Position numbers and translations under genes: made by a program. 64,000 bases of DNA from NCBI RefSeq assembly GCF_006345805.1, contig NC_043021.1:7626001-7690000 (forward strand), read 5' to 3'. The notes under the pieces are model-generated. The model worked only from the letters and a program-made list of their open reading frames with translations. It searched no databases and was not told where the DNA came from. Positions 53,362-64,000 of the stretch are shown piece after piece; the stretch's first letter is position 1; each line of letters starts with the position of its first letter. Origin of the DNA: Octopus sinensis. Taxonomy: Eukaryota.

Positions 53362-53710
53362 GCAAGCAGCAGTATCTATTGATGGTGATGATGATGCTGA
53401 TGATGATGATGGTAATGTAGGCAAGGAGGTACAGTAGCAGGGGGAGTTTATTGATTGCAGCAGGAGGGATGATCAACACGGTGGTTGTGGTGGTGGGGAA
53501 GATTGGGGGGGGGTGACAGTATAGAAATAATGGTGGCAATGGCAGAGGTAGTGGTGGCTATGATTATCATCAATATCATCATTATCATTATTATCATCAT
53601 TATTATCATCATTATTATTATTATTATTATCATTATTATCATTATTATTATCATCATTATTATCATCATTATTATTATTATTATTATTATCATTATTATC
53701 ATTATTATTA

Positions 53711-53741
<31 letters not shown>

Positions 53742-54318
53742 CATTATTATCATTATTATTATTATTAGTAGTAGTAGTAGTAGTAGTAGTAGTAGCGATA
53801 CTGGTAGATTTAGTAATTGTGGTAGTGGCTACAGTGATGGTGGTATTGATATTGATGGTTGTACTAGTAGTATATATATGGTAGTAGTATATAGATGGTG
53901 GTGGTAGTATTTTTAACATTAGTAGTTCTAGTTGTGGTAGTGGCTATGTAAATGACAACAGTAGTAATAGTAGTAGTAGTAGTGGTGGTAGTAGTGAGCA
54001 GTGGTGATTGTGGAATTGGTGGTTATAGCGAATGTAATATTGGTAGTGGTGGTGGTGGTGGCTGGCAGTGATGTTATTGGTTAAGTCTAACACTGATGGC
54101 GTAGTTAGTGGTTATAGTAGTCATAATATTGACGATGATAATGATGATGATGATGGCAGTGATGACGATGATGATGATTATGATGATGATGATGATGGCG
54201 GTGATGCTGCTAACAATGCTGGTGGTGGTGACGATGATGACAATGATGATGGTGTTGATGGTGATGAGGGTAAAGGTGGCGATGGGGACAGTGATGGTGA
54301 CAATGATGATGGTTGCAG

Positions 54319-54352
<34 letters not shown>

Positions 54353-54918
54353 GGTAGTGATGGGGACGATGGTGGTGTGGTGGCTGTGGTATTGATGATG
54401 AGGGCAGAACAGATGATGGCAGTGATCGATGCAGTGGTTGCGATGATGATGATGATGATGATGACGATGATGATGATGATAGCAAGATTAGTGATTTATT
54501 GTAGCTGTATTAGTAGTGCTAGTAGCAGTTAGCGATGGTGGTGGTGGTGGTGGTGGTGGTATTAGTGACAGCAATATCAATGGCTATATCAGTCCTGATG
54601 GACGTAGACATACAGACTTATGTTAGCGGTGTTGGAAGAAGAGAACGGGGAGGAGGAGGCGAAAGCCGAGGAAGCTGTAGTCACTGTAACAACATGTGGT
54701 AGGACAGTTGCGATGATGATGGTGTGGCATTCATCCTGGTCCATTGTAATAATAGTTAGCAATAGTCATTAGTGTCATAATAGTAATGATTGGTGATGGG
54801 AGAAGTGGAATAGTAAGCTATAGTCTAATTGATGGTAATTATGGTATTATTATTTATATTAGTAGTAGTAGTAGTAGTAACAGAAGCAGTAGAGGTGATA
54901 GTAGAGTTTCTAGTCTAG

Positions 54919-54956
<38 letters not shown>

Positions 54957-55550
54957 TTACATATATATATATACATATATATAAATATACATATATATAA
55001 ATATACATATATATAAATACATATATATAAATATACATATATATAAATATACATATATATAAATATACATATATATATAAATATACATAAAAATATATAT
55101 ATACACACATATATATACATATATATAAATATATACATATATATACTATATATATATACATATATATATACATATATATACATATATAAATATATACATA
55201 TATATAAATATATATATATACATATATATATACAATATATCACATATATATAATATATATATACATATAATATATATATATACATATATATATACATATA
55301 TATACATATATATAAATATATATATACATATATATAAATATATATATACATATATATATATATATTATAGTTTAAGCAGTGATGGTGATACTAATATTTC
55401 GACTAATCACAAATCTAACAGTGTAATGAAACATCATAATTACAGATGAACATCACATACAGATGCAGAAGTGTGAAGGCATGAGTGTGTGTGTGTATAC
55501 ATATATATATATACATATATATACATATATATATACATACATATATATAC

Positions 55551-55587
<37 letters not shown>

Positions 55588-55598
55588 CATATATATAC

Positions 55599-55631
<33 letters not shown>

Positions 55632-55632
55632 C

Positions 55633-55665
<33 letters not shown>

Positions 55666-56099
55666 CATACATATATATACAACATATATATATACATACA
55701 TATATATACATATATATATATATATACATATATATAACATATATATATACATATATACATATATATATATACATATATATATATACATATATATATATAC
55801 ATATATATACATATATATACATACATATATATACATATACATATATATACATATATATATATACATATACACATATACACATATACACATATACACATAT
55901 ACACATACACATATACACATACACATATACACATACATATATACACATACATATATACACATATATATATACACATATATATATACACATATATATATAC
56001 ACATATATATATACACATATATATATACACATATATATATACACATATATATACACACATATATATACATATATATATACATATATATATATATACATA

Positions 56100-56435
56100 T
56101 ATCATCATCATCATCATTTAACGTCCGCTTTCCATGCTAGCATGGGTTGGACGGTTCAACTGGGGTCTGTGAAGCTGGAAGGCTGCACCAGGCCCAGTCA
56201 GATCTGGCAGTGTTTCTACGGCTGGATGCCCTTCCTAACGCCAACCACTCCGTGAGTGTAGTGGGTGCTTTTTACGTGCCACCCGCACAGGTGCCAGACA
56301 GAGCTGGCAAACGGCCATGAACGGATGGTACTTTTACGTGCCACCGGCACGGGGGCCAGGCGAGGCTGGCAACGGACACAAACGGATGGTGTTTTTATGT
56401 GCCACCGGCACGGGGGCCAGGCGAGGCTGGCAAAG
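56100..56435 (-). mobile_element. SINE family C ((GAT)n-tailed, internal ~61-bp tandem repeats)
   Basis: Tail catcatcatttaacgtccgctttccatgctagcatggg; core ggatgcccttcctaacgccaacc. Other copies at about 2045-2265, 7110-7575, 7612-7770, 24265-24515, 28110-28258, 38015-38190, 47385-47590 (minus) and 26020-26185, 59800-60130, 61860-62070, 63650-64000 (plus). Confidence 0.8.
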
Positions 56436-56492
56436 TAAAACAAAGGAAGGAAAGAAAAAAATTATAAGGAAGCTGATTGTTGTAAAGGATAC

Positions 56493-56724
56493 CATTCTCT
56501 TCTGATTTCTCAATGACACCAAATTCCATACATGCCTCTATAAACCTGGCTGCCCTGTCAAAGTATCTCATGCCATACAGCATTTCAGAGACACGGAGGA
56601 ACTGGCCAAGCGACAGCATAGCAAGGATTGCTCTGCTTTTTTGGCCCTGCTGAGACAAATGGTCGGCCCACCTCTTCACGACTTCACTGTATTCGCAATA
56701 GTTGAGGGTTGCCTTGGCTAACCA
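56493..56724 (-). CDS. WDR11: WD repeat-containing protein 11, C-terminal internal exon (5' boundary unresolved)
   Basis: Open frame [77 protein letters not shown] aligns by eye with the human WDR11 C-terminus as I recall it (WLAKVRLNPEECADVLRRWVDHL...QKSKALLVLLSLGCF...[18 protein letters not shown]). It ends at a phase-1 donor G|gtatcc (56492-56487). The 5' side abuts a (TA/TATG)n array. Confidence 0.85.
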
Positions 56725-57122
56725 CATATATATACATATATATATATACATATATATATACACATATATATACACATATATATATACACATATATATATA
56801 CACATATATATTACACATATATACCACATATATATATACACATATATATATACACATATATATATACACATATATATATACATATAATATATACATATAT
56901 ATATATACATATATATATATACATATATATATACACATATATATATATATACACATATATATATACACATATATATATACACACATATATATATACATAT
57001 ATATATACATACACATAATATATACATATATATATACATATATATATACATATATATATACATATATATATATATACATATATATATATACATATATACA
57101 TATACACACACGCGCACACAGA

Positions 57123-57325
57123 CACGAGGGGGGGGTGCTGAAAAGTTCCTGGCTTTAAGGGTACCGTGAAAGGCCTTCCAAGTTCTTTTACAGGGCTTAG
57201 AAAAACTGCAGGACCCCTGCTATAGCTGTGTAAATCTAAGATGGGGAACATGTTGAATGGGATCATAATCAACTGACCCTCCTGTATTCTCTTTTGCCCA
57301 AAACTAGGAACTTTTCCTCTTCATG
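57123..57325 (-). mobile_element. Tc1/mariner-like MITE (second copy)
   Basis: Colinear with the reverse complement of 21536-21756. Confidence 0.6.
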
Positions 57326-57461
57326 TGTGTGTGTGTGTGTGTGTGTGCGCACACACGCATGCACATAGACACTCACACACACACACAGACAGCTGAAATG
57401 TGCTCACATTTTAAACAGTTAAATCAATCAATACAAAAACAGAATAGGCAACAGAAATATG

Positions 57462-57497
<36 letters not shown>

Positions 57498-58619
57498 CAC
57501 ACGCAATCACACAGACACACAAGCTATTTATCTACCCATATTTCAGACATCTTGATAGCATTCGGACACCAGTGTTCTAGGTTATGTCTAAATCAACCTG
57601 TAGCTTCAACTATGCTTCATTAGATAACACATTCGTCAAGCTAATTTTCTTTGTACAGCGTTACCGTTTCAAAGGAATATGATTACGTGAAAATGGTTTG
57701 TCTGCAACAGATCGGTGGTATTTGTCTATCAAACAAGCAGTTTAAAGGCTTTTGCGTATTTTCCTTCCAAGCTGGCCTAATTAGAATAAATACATTACCT
57801 GTTTTAAGGGAACATAATTCAGGTGAAAAGGATTTATCTGTAACAGCAATTCACTTAAATTCAATATTTCTCACAGAGAAAGGCATCTTTTTTTTTTTTT
57901 GCCCTTTTCAAACCTGGCCAGGCTCATGGGCCAGGTTTCCCAGTTTCTGTGGCGCATGTGTTCCCCCCAGCTGGACGGGACACCAGTCCATCGCAGAGAG
58001 AAAGGCATCACCATCACACAATCACATTTGAGTATTTAAACAAAGAAATCATTGTCTTTGTTGTTGTTGTTTAGTCCCGAGCCAACCCTATGAATAAAGA
58101 ATTTCCAGCCGTAACCAGTAATCTTGTTTCCAGGAACAGTATATCTAGGACTACATTATTCAATGTGTTATTGGCATTTTATAACACAGCAGGTAGTGAT
58201 TTGAAGGAAATGTGGCTGCTATTTCTAAATTAAAGGCTTCCTTGTTTTTATTAACACTATACTATCAGGATTTTTGCATTGATTAGGCCAAATTTTCTCG
58301 ACCATTTTTTACCTATGAACCCTTTGATTATTGTTGCATTCTTGGAGACCCCCTTGGACCAGTTAACATGTAAAACTAGTTTTAAAGATTTTTCAAAATT
58401 CCTATTTTGTTCATCACACATTAACTTGTGTAGGGTGAATTACGTAAAACATTTGAGGAGAACAAGATGTTTCTTGCAAATATATCTACAGTAAAATTTT
58501 TCCATGGACACTTAGTTTACTACTGTAGACCCCTAATTTACTATTATCCATGTGTGACCCCTAAAAATCTGATATGGACTTCTTGGAATCATATGCTGGA
58601 ACACCGCTAGCGTAATCAC

Positions 58620-59200
58620 CTTTCCAATGGCCATTCTTATGTGATCAGCTTTTGGTGAAGGAAGGAGTTCAATACTGCAACCCTCTCGAGTTTCTTATTT
58701 CTTTATTACCCACAAGGGGCCAAACATAGAGGGGACAAACTAGGACAGACAAACGGATTAAGTCGATTACATCGACCCCAGTGCGTAACTGGTACTTAAT
58801 TTATCGACCCCGAAAGGATGAAAGGCAAAGTCGACCTCGGTGGAATTTGAACTCAGAATGCAAGCATTGGACAAAATACCACAAAGCATTTCGCCTAGCG
58901 TGCTAACGTTTCTGCCAGCTCGCCACCTTAACCCTCTTGAATTTCTTGCTGTGATATAGGTTCATCTGGGACCTTGGACAGCAGAAGGTCAAGTTGTTTC
59001 TTGAAAACATCTACCCCTACTCCATGAAGATCCCTCAGATGTTTCAGCAAGGCATTCAATGGTGGTGGACCCTTGAATCCCAAGCTACTACAGAACATGA
59101 CTCTCACTCTAGATGGGATAGCTGGGACCTTTGGAACAGTGCAGTGACATCCAGTTTGATGGGTAACATAGCTCTTGACAATGAAGAACTTAGTAAAATA
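58620..59200 (-). mobile_element. Degenerate 3' end of a CR1/L2-group LINE, interrupted by a SINE
   Basis: Minus frame ...SSLGFKGPPPLNALLKHLRDLHGVGVDVFKKQLDLLLSKVPDEP, resembling the CR1-group C-terminal motif GP.LFN.LP..LR......FK..LD..L..VPDEP. Confidence 0.65.
58697..58929 (-). mobile_element. SINE family B inserted into the CR1-like LINE
   Basis: Imperfect TSD aaccctct(c/t)ga(g/a)tttctt at about 58679-58696 and 58930-58947; another full copy at 28393-28619. Confidence 0.8.
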
Positions 59201-62150
59201 ACTGTCGTTATTTGGAACATAAATAAGAAATTTTAAAGGAAGGTTTTAAATTTTGAATACTTTAAAACAGGAAGTTTGTATCATAGAACCAGAAGCAGTC
59301 ACAGGTAAGTTGGTATTAAAAGAGTTAAACACACCTGTATAGGAAATTGTCAGACTCGTCCCTAATTTTCTCAGCAACTAGTACGACAAAAATGGTTTCT
59401 TATTCTTCAAGACATTCTAGTTATAATTCCATCCCATTGCAAAAACTTACTAGTTGCACACTCAAGTCAATATGGAAGTTTGAATCTGCTAGAAATAGCA
59501 GCTAAATCTCCCTCAAGTCATAACCAGTCACTTAGGAAAAGAAGGAAAAGGCATACTGGATAACAGTCCTAAAACACACAGCCAGAAATTAATATGGTGT
59601 GGTCATGGATGAATGGATTGGTCGCATTTGAAACGCCTTTTATCAAAAGTCTGCCTATGCAATAGTTCACCGGGAGGACATGGGACAAAGTGGTGAGACA
59701 GGATCTTCGGACGCTGGGCCTCACTGAGAAAATGACAAGGGAGTGGGAGATGTGGTGATTTGCTGCACTTGATAAGACACATCAAGCTAAGTAAAATCAC
59801 TGACGTCCATACATACAGGCTGGTCCTTTCAGGTGCGGCGCCACTTACAAGGCACCTGTGCCAGTGATGCATTAATGCACCCATGCCAGTGCTGCATAAG
59901 TGCACCTGTGCCAGTGGCATGTAGAAAGCACCCAGCACACTCTTAAGTGATGGGCATTTGGAAGGAAAGCACCTAGCACACTCTTAAGTGAAGGCCATAG
60001 AAACCAACAGACAGTTGGAGCCTGGACAGCTCCATTCTAGCCAACTCCATGTCAAACTGTCAAACCCATGCCAGTATGGAGAGTGGACATTAAATGATGA
60101 TGATGATAATGATGATGACGATGATGATGTTAGTTAGAAAACCAGACAACAAAATGCTTTCATTTTCTGGCTGGCTGGAGAGCTAGCTGATTAGCTGTTT
60201 AGTTGGTTGATTGATTAGCTAGATGGCTATTTGGTTGGTTAGCTAGCTAGCTAATTCATTGGTTTGTTGGTTAGCTAACTGGTCAGCAGGTTGGTTGATT
60301 GACTAACTGACCAGTTGGTTGGTTGGCCCTTTCATTGGCTGGCTGGATGGATGGAATGATGGATGGATGGATGGTTGGTTGGCTAACTAACTGGTCAGCA
60401 GGCTAGCTAACTGGCTGGTTGCTCAGTTGATTGGCTATTAAGCACAGTTCTTCTTTCTCGAATCAACAAGGAAATCCCTAATTGGTCGCTCACCCTTCAA
60501 GAAAGAGCAGTCACAAAAATCTCGCTCAAACCACCTTACCTTCAACAAAACAAAGAGGGCACACATTGTAAAATTTAACCCTAAATACACTATACTTGAA
60601 GTAAGAAAACAGAGAGGATGGTCATGCCTGGAGTGCCTTTGATCTTAGGTCTGTTTGGTCAGAGCTGCCCTGAAGGCATACAATAACAATAACCTGTTTT
60701 ATTTGCAATCTACTGCTCACCCACCATACTGTCTGTTTGCTTTCTAGCTCTGACGTCAAACATTAAATGTAAACATTCTCAAAACCACTGTCCTGTAGAA
60801 GTTTGGTTTTATTTTCTCCTTCTTTTCATTATTTTTTCTCTCCTTTTCTTCAACAAAAATAATTCTTTTTTTTTCTTTTGTAATTTTTTCCTTTACATAA
60901 TTTTCAGAGCACCAAAACTCATCTCCTATCGACATGTAGAATAGAGTGTATTCGTGTACAAAACACGAAAATTTATTTGCGTGATCATGATTTCATGCAA
61001 ATGAAATCTAGTGTAATCATTGGCATCTAGTGAAGGCCCATGGCTCAGTGGTTAGAGCATCAAGCTTATGATCATGAGGTAGTGAGTTCAATTCCTGGAC
61101 CGGGCTGTGTTTCGTATTCTTGAGCAAGGCACTTTATTTCACATTGCTCCAGTTTACTCAGCTGTAGAAATGAGTTGCGACATCACTGGTACCAAGCTGT
61201 ATCGGCCCCTTTGCCTTTCTCTTGGATAACATCAGTGGTATGGAGAGGGGAGACTAATATGAATGGGAAACTGTTGGTTTTCTATAAACAACCTTGCCCA
61301 GACTTGTGCCTAGGAGGGGAAGTTTCTGGATGCAATCCCATGGTTATTCATGATCAAAGGGGGGATATAAGTGCAGGAGTGGCTGTGTGGTAAGTAGCTT
61401 GCTTACGAACCACATGGCTCCAGGTTCATATATATATATATGTGTGTGTATATGTTTGACCCCCCCAACATCACTTGACAACCGATCCTGGTGTGTTTAC
61501 ATCCCCATAACTTAGCAGTTCAGCAAAAGAGACCGATAGAATAAGTACTAGGCTTACAAAGAATAAGTCCTGGGGTCGATTTGCTCGAAACTGTAGTTTC
61601 TTCAGGGTCTTCACTGTAATATCCTTTCAGATTGGACTGGTTAGAGTTTTATGTTGATTTTAGTATATACATATAACACATACAAACATATGATGGGCTT
61701 CTTCAGTTTCCAGCTACGAAATCCACTCAAAGGCTTTTATTAGCCCGAGGCTATAGTAGAAGACACTTGCCCAAAGTGTCACACAGTGGGACTGAACCCA
61801 GAACCATGTGATTGCAAAGCAAGCCTCTTATCCACACAGCCACACCTGCATCGAAGTGCAGTGCAGTGCCATGTGCCCATGTGGTGTCATGTGAAAGCAC
61901 CCAGCACACTCTGTAGAGTGGTCGGCATTAGGAAGGGTGTCCAGCCATAGAAAACATGCCAAATCAGGCTGGAGCCTGGTGCAGCCCTTCATGTTGACCA
62001 GCTCAGGCCAAATCATTCCAGCCCATGCCAGCATGGACAACAGACGTTAAATGATAATGATGATGATGATGATGATGGAGGTGGTGGTGATGACTTTTTT
62101 TTATAAAATTAACAATTTTTTTTTGGCTTTTTCTAAAATATTGTAACCAT

Positions 62151-62550
62151 AGGCGCAGGAGTGGCTGTGTGGTAAGTAGCTTGCTAACCAACCCATGGTT
62201 CCGGGTTCAGTCCACTGCGTGGCATCTTGGGCAAGTGTCTTCTGCTATAGCCCCGGGCCGACCAATGCCTTGTGAGTGGATTTGGTAGACGGAAACTGAA
62301 AGAAGCCTGTCGTATATATGTGTATATATATATATGTGTTGTGTTGTTTGTGTGTCTGTGTTTGTCCCCCTAGCATTGCTTGACAACCGATGCTGGTGTG
62401 TTTACGTCCCCGTCACTTAGCGGTTCGGCAAAAGAGACTGATAGAATAAGTACTGGGCTTACAAAGAATAAGTCCTGGGGTCGATTTCCTCGACTAAAAG
62501 GCGGTGCTCCAGCATGGCCGCAGTCAAATGACTGAAACAAGTAAAAAAAA
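62151..62550 (+). mobile_element. SINE family A, young full-length copy
   Basis: Same consensus. Confidence 0.85.
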
Positions 62551-63089
62551 TAATAATATTTTAAATTGTCATCTAAAAATATTTTTCTGTTGATTTAGCT
62601 GATTACAAACAAACTGTTATCAGAACGATGCCACTTTGAGCAGTTGATAATTCCTCCAATGTACTTTTATTCTATAAATTAATGTTGGAATTATCTTTGA
62701 TAGGAGTGTTATCTTTGAAATAGTCGCCTCTTATCATATATGGAATTTCACCATAAAATAATTTATTATCCCCTACTGAAGGCAACTCAATGAAAAACAG
62801 CGGGAAGGATGTTGTATTTAATTCATCTATAACGAAATGGGGGGGGGGCTTTATATAGATAAAAGTTCTACTACTGTAGATTTCATCTGTGTGAGAGAGA
62901 GAGGGGGGAGAGAGCTCTTTTATTTTTTTGCTTGTTTCGGTCATTTGACTGTGGCCATGCAAAAGTACTGCTTTGAAGGATTTTAGTTGAACAATTCAAT
63001 CCCAGGACTTCTTATTTTTAAGCCTAGTCATTCTATCAGTTTCTTAGCTGAACCGCTAAGTTATGGGGGATGTAAACACACCAACACCA

Positions 63090-63390
63090 GATAACTCAAG
63101 AACCGCTGGATGGATTCGGATGAAACTTTCAGGGATGTTTGGCCTTGTGACTGGCACGAACTGATTCAAATTTTGGGATCGATCTGGTACTGGAAAAGGA
63201 TTCTGGATTATTTTCCTAGTGTTTTTACTTAATTTTTGAGAGTAGTCAGGTTCATTTTTAGTATTCTCATTTGCAAGAGCACTCTAGTTTATTTCATATA
63301 TTCTCATTTTAAAAATCATCTCTGGATAATCGTTGAAAGGACATTGGTGTTGCCTTGGCAGGGGCTTGCACTCTCTGAGTGCTCTTGTTT
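63090..63390 (+). mobile_element. Helentron/HINE-like element, 5'-truncated second copy
   Basis: Colinear with 41690-41994; perfect 3' hairpin GCACTC-TCT-GAGTGC. Confidence 0.6.
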
Positions 63391-64000
63391 ACATATGTTT
63401 TTTGAAAAAGCCAACCTCAACGCTACGATGTTTTCATATTCACTCTTCAGAAGACTTTATCTTATTCGCCTCTTTGTAAGGGCATACTTTTATTCTTAAT
63501 AATTTTTACACCACCATTCTAACCTAATTTCACTCATCTATTTATATATGTATATTATATTTTTATATATTTGTGTATTTATGAACTTTTAATATGTTTT
63601 ACTCTGACAAATGAAGTGAGTTCATGGCTTACAGGACGGCCTACTGTGCTTACCTTGGATCGTAGGGCAACCTGCTGTGCTTAAGGAGACCTATTGAGTC
63701 AAATACATCAACATCAAAATAAAAATCAAATGGAAATTGTAGTTGTGATACCCGTGCCAGTGGCACGTAAAAAACACCATCCAAACGTGGCCAATGAAAG
63801 TGCCGCCTTGACTGGCATCTGCCAGTGGCACGTAAAAAGCACTAACTGATCATGGAGGTTGCCAGTCTCCTCTGGTCCCTGTGCAGGTGGCATGTAAAAA
63901 GCACCCACTACACTCATGGAGTGGTTGGCGTTAGAAAGAGCATCCAGCTGTAGAAACACTGCCAGATCAGACTGGAGCCTGGTACAGCCTCCTGGCTTCC

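Larger units (their letters stand above)
51050..57115. repeat. Simple-repeat-dense block: (TA)-compound arrays, (ATT/ATC)n, (GAT/GGT)n, ~40-55-bp minisatellite at 52125-52450
   Basis: Arrays at 52125-52520, 53560-53800, 54120-54560, 54920-55370, 55497-56100 and 56725-57115. Confidence 0.9.

Noticed and set aside
54068-54532. Asp/Gly-rich 154-aa ORF resembling an acidic matrix protein
   Set aside because: Mosaic of GAT/GGT trinucleotide repeats open in multiple frames, continuous with flanking non-coding repeats; no signal peptide or splice support.
57690-57775. Frameshifted GKYAKAFKLL/CLIDK resemblance to the upstream WDR11 exon
   Set aside because: Needs at least one frameshift and similarity collapses after CLIDK; indistinguishable from chance.
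62672-62880. Minus-strand ORF DELNTTSFPLFFIELPSVGDNKLFYG...
   Set aside because: No similarity to WDR11 or any family I recognise; AT-rich ORFs of this length arise by chance.

Overview
AT-rich eukaryotic genomic DNA dominated by microsatellites ((TA)n, (CA)n, (TAT)n, (GAT)n, (TATG)n) and by several tRNA-headed SINE families. The repeat landscape matches what I recall of Octopus (coleoid cephalopod) genomes; this is an inference, not a database hit. Only one coding exon is identifiable with confidence: a 77-codon C-terminal WDR11 exon on the minus strand (56493-56724). Its 5' end runs straight into a microsatellite with no convincing acceptor, and I found no neighbouring WDR11 exon in the window. 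Almost all ORFs in the supplied track are microsatellite or SINE artefacts. Other content: piggyBac-, hAT-, mariner- and pogo-like MITEs; two Helentron/HINE-like elements; 3' fragments of R4/Dong-like and CR1-like LINEs; many long foldback hairpins; and a possible divergent promoter near 16.4 kb. The most notable signal is a set of hammerhead ribozyme (HHR) motifs in microsatellite-embedded, Penelope-like short repeats: two type-I motifs with a canonical catalytic core (23569-23649 and 50434-50484, both minus strand) and four copies of a family with a variant CUGUNGA core. No rRNA, true tRNA gene or CRISPR array was seen. All alignments and pairings were done by eye.
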